Source: an uncultured bacterium
GTDB taxonomy: Bacteria; Verrucomicrobiota; Verrucomicrobiia; Limisphaerales; UBA8199
Length of the DNA stretch: 64,000 nucleotides
Assembly: GCA_963749495.1 (NCBI GenBank)
Contig: CAVVMW010000005.1
Coordinates: 288,001 to 352,000, forward strand
Direction of reading: 5' to 3'
Positions 32,148 through 40,585 of this stretch are shown one piece after another. Numbering within the stretch: position 1 is the stretch's first letter; each line of letters opens with the position of its first letter. A program made the position numbers and the translations under genes. The notes below the pieces were generated by a model that was not told the origin of the DNA, searched no databases, and worked only from the letters and a program-made list of their open reading frames with translations.

Positions 32148-32277
32148 AACGTTCTCACCATTATCCCGCACCGACCTTCAAAACCTGACATGAAATGTCA
32201 ATAATCCATCCTTCGCATCGCGGTATTCCGGTCCTGTTGGCTTCGGGTTCCGGGACGTCCTCCTTCGGGCTGGCGCC

Positions 32278-33837
32278 TCATTGACGCCGCGTGCCTGCCC
32301 CACCAAGTGGTGCGGTATTGGAACCGCCTTGCAGATCGCGATCCAGGGCCGCCCCGTCGAACGGAACAACGATGATCTTACTGCCGTGGGTATCATTGCC
32401 CCGTTCCTGTTCCTTGGGAACATCAATGACCGCGAAAGTAAAATGGGTAACATGGCCATTTTGGAGGAGCACGCCGGGACGTTCCATTTTCTCCCAATGA
32501 TTGACGGTCCCATCGGTGTACCGCACGAAGTCCTTCGTCGGATCGTAAGCCAGTCCTCTGAACGTCCAGTTCTTGATGCCGTCGGGTGAGGTCAGGTGGT
32601 AGGCCTTGCGGCCGCTCCAGCTATTGACCACGATGTGGCACAGGTTCCCGCTATACCACACCACCGGATCTTCCAGATTGCGCAGTGGAAGGCCGGGAAT
32701 CTGCGGATAAATGCTCGGTCCCTGGACCGTGTACGGCCCCAGGATGCCGGCCTTGCTGAGCAAGATGGCGCCGGACCGCGGCACGATCATAAAGTCGCCA
32801 TCCGGACGAACCATCATGCTCACGTTCGACATTCGCCCCAGGCGGCTGAACTCGTTTGTGGCGACCTTGATCGAACCGAGAAACTCCCAAGGGCCATCCA
32901 GCGACTCAGAGACAAAAGGGCTCTGGATGGGCATTGGCAGGAAATAGTCGATCAATGTCTTCTCGGCGGCGGGAGCAGGCCGCTGGCCTGGCAGGCCCGG
33001 CGCGCGGGCGATCACCTGGAGTTCCGGCTTGCGCACGCCGAACTGGTCCATCGGGAAGTTCACGAAGCCCAGGGCGAGGGCGGGGGAACCGTCCCTCACC
33101 CGGTAATCGCCCTTGGCGGGGTCCGCGAATTGCGCGTCGGCCACGAGGGAATGTTCGTCCCGGCCGCTCTGGCGTTGCAGGTTGATGGCAGGGGCGTTGG
33201 TCGCGCCGGTCCGGTGCAGAAGGTTGAAGTCCATTTCCTTGCCGGTGATCCGCCAGGTAAAGTCGCCCCAGAGCGCGGGGTGCATGGCGTGATAATAGCC
33301 GCCGGTCGGATCGGCCCAACGCGCGGCGCGATTCGTCGAGATCGCATCCGCAGCGAAGCCGTCGAAATACTGCGCCTTCGGATCGAAGTTCGGATAGCGC
33401 GCCAGGATTTGCCGCTCGCCGTTGACGAAGACCTCCTCGGTCCGCAAGTCCCCCGGCACCTTCGCCTGTAAAATGCCGCCTTGGTAAGGACGCCAGTCGA
33501 GCTTGTCCAGCCTAACGCCGCCGCTGATGATGGGCCGCTCGTTTTTGTAGGCTTGGAAAATGACCGGGGCCTTCTCCGTGCCGGAATCCTGGGCGGTGAA
33601 CACGAGTGGTGCGGACAAATAGTAAATGCCGCCCCGCAGGAACACCGTTCCCGGTTGTTGCCGCACGGCCTGCTGAGCCCGTTGGGGGCTGGCGAAGGGT
33701 CTTTCCAGCGTGCCGGGGTTCGCGTCGTCGCCAGTGGGTGCCACGAAGTATGGCCGCCCGAACGCTGTAAAGGCCATCAGGCCAAGCGACCCGCTCAGCC
33801 AGAGCAACCGGCGGAGGATCGCGATCTTTGGTTTCAT
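32278..33837 (-). pseudogene. Chimera: beta-helix protein fragments plus beta-propeller glycosidase C-terminus
   Basis: YFVAPTGDDANPGT, ARYPN, ADAQFADP then LEDPVVW, MERPGV. Confidence 0.6.
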
Positions 33838-34039
33838 GTGGAAGGCTATTTCCGCTGAAAAACTGAGTAGCCATAGATCCCAAAGGCTCTCATGTAAACT
33901 CCGTCCCGCAAGCTCCGGCGCCAGGTCTGCCACTCGTGTGCGGTGCCCGGCGATTCGTAGAACACGGTCTTGATTCCCGCCTTCTCCAGCGCATCGCGGT
34001 AGTTCTTGACACTGTCGCACATCCGCTTTTGCTCCGCTG

Positions 34040-34336
34040 AACGGTAGGCAGGCGGATCTGGCCGCGAACGGTCCGCACCGCTTCGTCCTGGTCACGAATC
34101 GGCAGCGTGATCCACTCCTCCCAGGTCACCGGGCGGACCTTGGAAGTGCGGAGTGCAGAGTGCGGAGTGCGGAATGAATCGAACTCCAGATCGGGTAGAT
34201 CTTCGCGCTCGATTTCCAGGCCGGTGGCCACGTTGGTGGCCATCATGCAGAACGCCTCTTGAGGCGTGCGCACGTTGATGGCCTGCCAGTTGCGGTTCAG
34301 CACCAGCACGGTCGCTTTTGTCAATGTACTGCTCAT
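34040..34336 (-). pseudogene. HNH endonuclease (McrA-like), N-terminal half, last gene of the tRNA operon
   Basis: VLVLNRNWQAINV...WEEWITLP...IRLPTV; HNH core absent; heptamer insertion in frame. Confidence 0.7.
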
Positions 34337-34415
34337 AAAAAGGGGTCGAGGGTCGAGTGACGAGGACCGGAAGCGCGCTGCGGCCGAGCTTCCCTCGTGG
34401 CCCTTCATCTGCCCA

Positions 34416-34433
34416 AGGTGTTTGTTCTTTGTT
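34416..34433. repeat. 18-bp inverted repeat, trailer arm
   Basis: AGGTGTTTGTTCTTTGTT, exact reverse complement of 41150-41167. Confidence 0.9.
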
Positions 34434-34483
34434 GAGGGCCTTAGCCTTTAGCCTTCAGCCTTCAGCCTTTGGCCTTTGAAGCA

Positions 34484-34558
34484 TGGCTGCCTCGCCTGGA
34501 ATTGCACCAGGTCCTTCGGTTTCAGAGACCGACGCGCTCCTGATTACACCACGAGGCC
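34484..34558 (-). tRNA. tRNA-Gln(CTG)
   Basis: TCGGT-CTCTGAA-ACCGA arm, encoded CCA. Confidence 0.85.
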
Positions 34559-34627
34559 CGCCGTCGCGCTTTGCGCTAAGGCGCGGCAAGCGATTGGCCC
34601 GCCGAGCCGTAGCCGGCAGGCGAAGGC

Positions 34628-34701
34628 TGGTCGCTCGGGAAGGTCCTGCCCCTCCGATTTCTGGGTGTAGGCCAGACGTGATGCTATTTCACCACCGAGC
34701 C
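34628..34701 (-). tRNA. tRNA-Val(TAC)
   Basis: TCTGG-CCTACAC-CCAGA; C33; CCA. Confidence 0.75.
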
Positions 34702-34811
34702 TTTCGAATGCGGAACTCGGAATGCGGAGTGCGGAGTGCCAAACGAGAACGAAGGCTGCTTGTGCGCGCGCCCCCATTCCGCACTCTGCATTCCCCACTC
34801 CGCACTGGGAA

Positions 34812-34885
34812 TGGCTGCCTCGCTTGGATTCGCACCAAGATCATCGGGGTCAAAGCCCGGCATGCTGCCGTTACACCACGAGGCA
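34812..34885 (-). tRNA. tRNA-Gln(TTG)
   Basis: TGCCTCG acceptor, CTTTGAC loop, CCA. Confidence 0.85.
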
Positions 34886-34993
34886 AGGAATCGGCCTGCC
34901 AAGCCGTAGCCCGGCACGTCACAAATGCTCGCCTCCGCACTAGCGTGCTTCGGCGCAGCAGCCCTCGCCACCCGTCGCGCGTGTGGCGAAGGC

Positions 34994-35070
34994 TGGTGGA
35001 GCCGGAGGTAGTTGCAACCTCACCAAACCCGATTAAAAGTCGGGTGCCGGTCTGCTGTGGCTTCGGATCC
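34994..35070 (-). tRNA. tRNA-Lys(TTT)
   Basis: CCCGA-CTTTTAA-TCGGG; CCA. Confidence 0.8.
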
Positions 35071-35077
35071 AGGAAAA

Positions 35078-35162
35078 TGGTGGGCGAGAGAGGATTTGCA
35101 CCTCCAAGGCTCACAGACTCTCGATCTGTGGGGTCTGCTAATTCCCTCTGAACCACTCGCCC
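35078..35162 (-). tRNA. tRNA-Leu(GAG), atypical fold
   Basis: ACAGA-TCGAGAG-TCTGT; short variable region; C33; CCA. Confidence 0.75.
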
Positions 35163-35171
35163 AAAGAAAAG

Positions 35172-35247
35172 TGGTGCTCCCGGCCGGAATCTCACCGGCA
35201 ACCTCAGCCTTCGGAGGGCCGCGCTCTGGTAATTGAGCTACAGGAGC
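35172..35247 (-). tRNA. tRNA-Arg(CCG)
   Basis: CGGCC-CTCCGAA-GGCTG; CCA. Confidence 0.85.
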
Positions 35248-35343
35248 AGTCCTAATGTGGAATTCGGAATGCGGAGTGCGGAATAAGAATGTGCACAGGG
35301 CTCTGCACACTCCGCATTCCGCACTCTACACTCACCACTTGAA

Positions 35344-35414
35344 GGGGTCTCCTGCCGGTGCTGCCCCGGCCTGGCTTGTTTACAAAACGAGCCTGCAGGC
35401 TGCCGCAAGGAGAC
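35344..35414 (-). tRNA. tRNA-Thr(TGT)-like, small D arm, no CCA
   Basis: GTCTCCT/AGGAGAC acceptor, TTTGTAA loop. Confidence 0.6.
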
Positions 35415-35452
35415 GAGATGGCCTGCCGAGCCGTAGCGCTCGGCGCGAAGGT

Positions 35453-35618
35453 TGGTCGCAATCCCCAGTGCTGCCCTGGGCACGGCTGGCTTATGAAACC
35501 GGCCTGAGCGCTAGCCCTTTCAAGTGCAAAGTGGAGAATGCAAAGTGCGGAATGCACCGGGCGCGGGCGTAGCGATGATAATTCTGCACTCCGAATTCCG
35601 CATTCTGCACTGATGGCG
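35453..35618 (-). tRNA. tRNA-Met/Ile2(CAT), interrupted by a heptamer hairpin
   Basis: TTCATAA loop, CCA; candidate 5' acceptor strand CGCCATC (35612-35618) lies beyond a roughly 90-nt hairpin. Confidence 0.55.
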
Positions 35619-35652
35619 GGTGGGTCTGCTCTTCCCCGTGAACCACGCGCCG
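35619..35652 (-). pseudogene. 5' half of a fifth atypical tRNA-Leu
   Basis: CGGCGCG-TGGTTCAC-GGG-GAAGAGCAGA-CCC matches the other Leu genes. Confidence 0.65.
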
Positions 35653-35658
35653 AGAAGA

Positions 35659-35769
35659 TGGCGTCCCTGACCGGCTTCGCTCCCGCCTTCGCTGGAAAGC
35701 TACGGCGGGGCAGGCCGGTGATCTCCTGCATGAGAGGCAGGCATTTTGTCTGGACTACACCACAGGGAC
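35659..35769 (-). tRNA. tRNA-Glu(CTC) with 33-nt insertion in the T arm
   Basis: CCTGC-CTCTCAT-GCAGG; insert 35682-35714; CCA. Confidence 0.8.
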
Positions 35770-35775
35770 TGAAAA

Positions 35776-35852
35776 TGGTGAGGGCAGGAGGCTTCGCACC
35801 CCCAACCTGATGCATGTGACGCATCCGCTCTGGCTGGCTGAGCTATGCCCTC
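35776..35852 (-). tRNA. tRNA-Val(CAC)
   Basis: GATGC-GTCACAT-GCATC; CCA. Confidence 0.85.
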
Positions 35853-35888
35853 AAAATGGCTCGCCGAGACGTAGCTCCGAGCGAAGGC

Positions 35889-35964
35889 TGGTGGGGGACG
35901 AAGAGTGCTGCCCTCTTTGCCTCTCGGATGTCAGACGAGCGCTCTCCTGGTGAGCTACGTCCCC
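35889..35964 (-). tRNA. tRNA-Val(GAC)
   Basis: CTGACAT loop, GCTC/GAGC D stem; CCA. Confidence 0.75.
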
Positions 35965-35970
35965 AACAAA

Positions 35971-36020
35971 TGGAGCGGGTGGACGGAGTCGCACCGTCGA
36001 CTCGGCCTTGGCACGGCCCT
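35971..36020 (-). pseudogene. tRNA-Gly(GCC), 3' two-thirds only
   Basis: GGCC-GTGCCAA-GGCC, T arm, CACCCGC-T-CCA; 5' part missing next to the GIY-YIG stop. Confidence 0.7.
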
Positions 36021-36030
36021 TGGAGATAAA

Positions 36031-36297
36031 CTAGCTCCCCAGGCTCTCCGCTCCGCCCCAGAAGTGTCGTTTTGCGAAGGCATGGCCGGACCCGCTCTTC
36101 AGGTATTTCTCGAAGTGCTGGGCCTGTTCAAGGGACTCGAACGCAACGTACACCTTGAGCGTCCAAGGTATGAACTTGGACGTGTGCGGACATTTACCGG
36201 CGTTATGGTCTGCCACTCGTTGACGGAGGTCTGCCGTATGACCGATGTACCTCTGGTCGCGGTGGCTCAAGCTCTGGATGACGTATGTGTAAAACAT
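36031..36297 (-). CDS. Stand-alone GIY-YIG nuclease
   Basis: YTYVIQS...YIGHT.DL..RV..HNAG...FEKYLKSGSG. Confidence 0.9.
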   Translation of the reverse strand: MFYTYVIQSLSHRDQRYIGHTADLRQRVADHNAGKCPHTSKFIPWTLKVYVAFESLEQAQHFEKYLKSGSGHAFAKRHFWGGAESLGS

Positions 36298-36680
36298 ATT
36301 GCGGCCTGCCATCCATAGCTTGGAACCCGTTCCGTGGAAAGTCCTCCTTCGCCGAGCCTACGGAGGACATCCTCCGTTTGGCCCCCTCGCCTGGCTCGGG
36401 TTCCGAGCGGAGGATGGTGTCCCCAGCCGATTAAATCCAGAACGAAGAATGCAAAGTGCAGAACGCCCCACTCCCTCGCCATTGTCGAAAACCCAAATCC
36501 ATTTTGCATTCTTCATTCTGAATTCTTCATTTCAAAGGGCGGCCTGGATTGCGGGTCCGGTTCCGCTCGCTGGGAAAGGAGGCCGTTTCCTGCTGCTTGT
36601 GCCGCCAGCGCAGGAACTTCTGAAACCGGGCAAAATTCGTTCGGAGCGAATTTTGATAGGTTTTGTCCTCGAAGAACAAA

Positions 36681-36768
36681 TGGCGGAATGCCGTGGACTT
36701 GCACCACTTGCCTGGAGGCACGCACTCGTTAGCACCGAGGCCCGGTTCGCTTGCCCGGTTGGCATTCC
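36681..36768 (-). tRNA. tRNA-Ser(GCT), 8/4 fold
   Basis: 8-bp acceptor GGAATGCC/GGCATTCC, 4-bp T stem, long variable arm, G73-CCA. Confidence 0.8.
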
Positions 36769-36808
36769 AGAAATGGCCTGCCGAGCCGAAGCTCGACAGA
36801 GCGAAGGC

Positions 36809-36892
36809 TGGTCGGCGTGGGGAGACTTGCGCTCCCAAGGCTGTTCGGGTTTGAGCCGAACCGGTCTGCTATTCCCGGTAAACCACACGCCG
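36809..36892 (-). tRNA. tRNA-Leu(CAA), atypical fold
   Basis: TTCGG-CTCAAAC-CCGAA; A73-CCA. Confidence 0.8.
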
Positions 36893-36924
36893 GCCCGCCG
36901 AGCCGTGGCCCGGGGAGCGAAGGT

Positions 36925-37010
36925 TGGTCGGCGCCCCGGGACTTGCACCCGGAAGGCTCAGCGATTTTAAGTCGCTGGGGTCTGCTGATTCCCGCTGAAG
37001 CCAGGCGCCG
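36925..37010 (-). tRNA. tRNA-Leu(TAA), atypical fold
   Basis: AGCGA-CTTAAAA-TCGCT; A73-CCA. Confidence 0.8.
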
Positions 37011-37123
37011 AGAAAATGGCCTGCCGGGTCGGAGTTCGGAGCGAGGGTCGGATGCCCGCCTACGCCTCAAAGGCAGGCTTCGGCGAGACAGTCTTCGTTC
37101 TCCGCTGCGCTCCGAACGAAGAC

Positions 37124-37207
37124 TGGTGGGCATGGAGGGACTTGCACCCCCAAGGCTGCCAGATTCTGAATCTGGACCCTCTGCTATTCGGGTTGAACCA
37201 CATGCCC
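37124..37207 (-). tRNA. tRNA-Leu(CAG), atypical fold
   Basis: CCAGA-TTCAGAA-TCTGG; A73-CCA. Confidence 0.8.
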
Positions 37208-37216
37208 AGTTGAAAT

Positions 37217-37292
37217 TGGTGCTCCCGGCAGGACTCTCACCTGCAACCGGCGGTTCGAAGCCGCCCGCTCTGATATTTTGAGCTACGGGAGC
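37217..37292 (-). tRNA. tRNA-Arg(TCG)
   Basis: GGCGG-CTTCGAA-CCGCC; CCA. Confidence 0.85.
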
Positions 37293-37378
37293 CCTCCAAA
37301 TGCAGAGTGCGGGATGCAGAGTGCAGAATGACGCCCTTCCGTTCTGCGTCCCCCATTTTGGATTATTCAGTTGAAAAT

Positions 37379-37825
37379 TGGGGCCGGTGGGGAGACTCGC
37401 ACTCCCGTGGTAACTGTTCAGGTGTTGGACCAGTGCTGGCTTCGACGCCAGCGCCGGGCCCAGCCAAGCCGTTGTCCCGGAGGGACAACCCGAGAATAGC
37501 CCGGCGCTTCAGCGCCGGGTCCGACGCCCTAAAAACCCCGCGTCCCGACAGGGACGCCTGAGGCTCAGCACCGCAAGAGGCCAGCCGATTCAGCCGTCCC
37601 TCCGGGACGGGCGGGAGATTAGACCGCTTTCCCCGGCGCTGAAGCGCCGGGCTATTTTCGGGCTGTCCCTTCGGGACAACGACGGCCCTCGAACCAGAGC
37701 GCGTCCCGAGAGGCCCCGGCGGCGATGTGGCAACCCATGTGCCGAGACCTGAACAGTTACCTCCCGTGGGACGAATTGCCCGGCAGTTTACGAAACTGCT
37801 GCTGTCGCTGCTGAGCCACGCCGGC
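37379..37825 (-). tRNA. tRNA-Thr(CGT) with long variable arm, split by a MITE
   Basis: GCAGT-TTCGTAA-ACTGC; removing 37410-37768 restores the gene. Confidence 0.75.
37410..37760. mobile_element. 351-bp MITE-like element carrying a REP-type long palindrome
   Basis: TIRs GTAACTGTTCAGGT/ACCTGAACAGTTAC; direct repeat CTCCCGTG at 37402-37409 and 37761-37768. Confidence 0.9.
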
Positions 37826-37933
37826 CTCCGAAATGCGGAATGCAGAGTGCGGAGTGCGGGATTGCACAGAGCCGTCACAACAACGCTTGTGCTCCTCATT
37901 CCGCACTCAGCACTCCGAACTCCGCACTGAAAA

Positions 37934-38007
37934 TGGTGGGTCGCCACGGTGCTGCCCCGTGCTCTGCGGTTTAAGAGACCGCTGCATCGCTGCAATGCTT
38001 GCAACCC
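37934..38007 (-). tRNA. tRNA-Lys(CTT)
   Basis: GCGGT-CTCTTAA-ACCGC; CCA. Confidence 0.85.
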
Positions 38008-38010
38008 AAC

Positions 38011-38085
38011 CGCGACACGAAGGCGGAGTTGAACCGCCGCAGCCAGATCTGTGAAGTCCTGGCCGGCACCGGTGTTCGCGTCGCG
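38011..38085 (-). ncRNA. tRNA-like RNA (11-bp closing stem, canonical T arm, no CCA)
   Basis: CGCGACGCGAA/TTCGTGTCGCG; GGCGG-TTCAACT-CCGCC. Confidence 0.55.
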
Positions 38086-38090
38086 TGAAA

Positions 38091-38165
38091 TGGAATCCCG
38101 TGTGAGAGTCGCACTCACCTGCGCGGTTTTGCAGACCGCTGCCTGGGCTGCTCGGCCAACGGGAC
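38091..38165 (-). tRNA. tRNA-Cys(GCA)
   Basis: GCGGT-CTGCAAA-ACCGC; U73-CCA. Confidence 0.85.
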
Positions 38166-38273
38166 ATCTGAATGCGGAGTGCGGAGTGCGGAGTGCAGAG
38201 TGCAGAGTGCGCAATGTCTGCGGTGCTGCCCCTCAGGCATTCCGCATTCTGCACTCCGCACTCAGCATTTGGT

Positions 38274-38700
38274 TCACGCTGCCCGCACAAAGTCCGAGAT
38301 GACGGCTGGAACGCTGGTGTCGAAACCAACCACGTCCAGCATCCCGCGGTCGTTCGGGTCGGCCAGGGTGAAGCCACTTAAATGAAGAGTTAAGAATGCA
38401 GAATGAAGAACGGAGGACGCCCTCAGCCGCCGTTGGTCTTGATTCCTCATTGTGCATTCTTCATTCTGCATTCATGTGGGCCCAGACCATCGGCAGCGAG
38501 CAATCCGTGCCGCCCATCGGGATCGCACGGACCTTCTCGATGACGCTTTCCAGGCGCATTCGGGGCGAGAGGGCGACCCGGGTAATGCCTGACTCACCGC
38601 CACCCCGCTGGCCGCCGTGACCGCTGGCGGCTGCGCTGAAGGCGATGATCTCGCACTCGGGGTCGGTTGCCGCCGTCACCAGGGCCATGGCGATGGACAA
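38274..38700 (-). pseudogene. rsr: Ro60/TROVE protein, C-terminal vWA remnant
   Basis: AMALVTAAT...MGGTDCSLPMVWA and GFTLADPNDRGMLDVVGFD; split by a heptamer hairpin, N-terminus absent. Confidence 0.8.
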
Positions 38701-38701
38701 G

Positions 38702-38821
38702 TGGCGCCGTAGGGTGGGGATCTCCTTACGGGAATCGAACCCGTCCGGAACTTGAATCCGGGCGCTCTCCCATGGCGAGCGTCCTCCCCGTGCTGGAGGA
38801 TGACCTGCGGACTTCGGCCCA
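38702..38821 (-). ncRNA. tRNA-like RNA on a long stalk (Y-RNA candidate)
   Basis: D-like GCTC..GAGC, hairpin CCGGA/TCCGG, ACGGG-TTCGATT-CCCGT; ends pair; abuts the Ro60 remnant. Confidence 0.55.
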
Positions 38822-38828
38822 TGCGAAT

Positions 38829-38936
38829 TGGTCAGGAAGCCGGGATTCGCACCCGGACCGTCCGCTTCACAGGCGGAGATGCTGTCCACCCTCCGCAGTG
38901 CTGCTACGGAGGACGGGCTGTTACACCACAATCCTG
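38829..38936 (-). tRNA. tRNA-His(GTG) with 33-nt insertion in the D loop
   Basis: TCCGC-CTGTGAA-GCGGA; insert 38884-38916; A73. Confidence 0.75.
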
Positions 38937-38941
38937 GAAAA

Positions 38942-39019
38942 TGGTGCCCCCAGGTGGACTCGCACCACGATCCTCCTGCTTCGCGGGCAGGCGTGCACAT
39001 TCTCTTACACCTTGGGGGC
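38942..39019 (-). tRNA. tRNA-Arg(GCG)
   Basis: CCTGC-CCGCGAA-GCAGG; C33; CCA. Confidence 0.8.
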
Positions 39020-39112
39020 CTTGGAAGTGCGGATTTCGGAGTGCGGAGTGCGAAATGGCTGACGATTCCGGTGCGCCTCATTCCGCATTCCGCATTCTGC
39101 ACTCTGCACTTG

Positions 39113-39191
39113 GAGCGTCCGTGGCCGGACTTGCACCGGCTATGCCCGGCTTGAAGGGCCGGCTGCTCGAGCCTGCTTTGCATTCACGGAC
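39113..39191 (-). tRNA. tRNA-Glu(TTC)
   Basis: CCGGC-CCTTCAA-GCCGG; C33; G73. Confidence 0.75.
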
Positions 39192-39323
39192 AAATTGTTC
39201 ACCGTGGAAGGCTGGAACCACGGGGATTTCTGAACTCAGAATGGAGAATGAAGAGTGCAGAATGTCGAACCCTGCTGGCTCATTCTGCACTTTGCATTCC
39301 CCACTCTGCATTTGAGAGGCGCG

Positions 39324-40467
39324 CTAACGCCGGAGCGCGCGCGTCTTGTAGGTGAGGAGCGGCCGGAAGGTGGCGATAACCGAGATGAGTCCGGCGTCCG
39401 CCAGGTCCTGGACCACGTCCTCGATGCTCTTGTAGGCGGCTGGGGCCTCTTCGTAGAGCAACTCGCGCGGCTCGCAGATGACTTGGCCCCCCAGCGGCGT
39501 TTGGGTCAACTGCTGCCGGCCAAACCGTTCGCGCATGCGCAGGCGGCTCTCACTCCGGGCCCGACCTGCGGCCGGCACCGTGGGCCAAAGACCAGGCGTG
39601 GCTGACGCCATCTCCAATGGGCTTCACGAGGTAACTGAGCGACCCGCGGGAGCCAGGGATCATCACCGGCTCCCGTTCGGCTGCCACGGCACCCTTCCGA
39701 TGCACCCAGACCGCTTCGCCAGGGCTGCCCCTCACCCCGTCCCTCTCCCCATCGGATGGGGAGAGGGTGGCCGCAAGGCCGGGTGAGGGGACGCGAGCGA
39801 TGCTGTTGTGGCAGCCGTCCCAGAGGCACTCGGCCTCCGCTCCCAGCGCCTCGACGAATCGTCGAGCGATGAGCGCCCGGTTTGTCTTGGCCCACCTCAG
39901 GGCCAAGTCATGGTCGCGGAGATAGCCCGCCGCAGCAAACGACTCGGGATCGGAGCCTTCGGCCTGATGCTCTTCCGCGTACGCCCGCAGGACCGATTCG
40001 CCCAGACCGCGCGAGCCGCTGTGGACCAGAACCACCAGTTGCTGTTTGCCCAGGCCCAACCGCCTGAATGCTGCTGCGTCCAAGACGGCCTCGACCTTCT
40101 GCAGTTCGGCGAAGTGATTGGCGCCGCCGATGGTCCCCAGCGCTTCATCGAACTCCGTGGATTCAAGCTCCGCTACGGCGAGAACCTCGCCCACATCGCC
40201 TTCCCACGGATGCTCCAGGTCAAAGCGAAGGTCGGCCCACCCGCCTACGCGCTCCGCGCTCCGGCGCGGCAGGTCTGTCTTGAACAGGGCCGTGCCGCAA
40301 CCGATGTCGCCGCCGATGAGGTGGGGATAAATGACGCCCTTGGTGACGAGGGCGGCGCCCACCGGGCTGCCCTTGCCCGGGTGCAGGTCCGGGAAACCGA
40401 CCGCCAGGCGTACACTTTCGAGTCGTGCCGCCGCATAAAGCTGGCGAACCGCTTCGCCTTCGATCAT
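39324..40467 (-). pseudogene. rtcB: RtcB-family RNA ligase (PrfH-coupled RtcB2-like), frameshifted near 39560
   Basis: PDLHPGKG, GDIGCG, NHFAE, HSGSRG, HN, HRKGA, HGAGR, EEAPAAYK, RPLLTYK. Confidence 0.85.
39729..39790. repeat. CCCTCACCCC..CCCTCTCCC palindromic element inserted in frame in rtcB
   Basis: Nested hairpin encoding PSPGLAATLSPSDGERDGVRG between the HN and HRKG motifs. Confidence 0.75.
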
Positions 40468-40585
40468 CTGCCTGCCCTCCGCAAAATGTAGAATGAAGAA
40501 TGCAGAATGAAGAATGCCCCGGATCACGCACCGCAGGGCGCGGACGGAGATTCTGCATTCTCCATTCTGCACTCTGCATTTGAAC

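Noticed and set aside
38011..38085. tRNA-Sec or opal suppressor (CTTCACA in loop)
   Set aside because: No long D stem or variable arm, 10-nt irregular loop and no CCA; kept only as a tRNA-like RNA.
38702..38821. Second tRNA-Leu(CAA)
   Set aside because: No variable region and no 7-bp acceptor ending in NCCA directly after the T arm.
34476..39315. Many 60-280-aa ORFs across the array (RTPHSAF/AECGVR peptides)
   Set aside because: They are translations of tRNAs and heptamer repeats; only the GIY-YIG and Ro60 segments show protein motifs.
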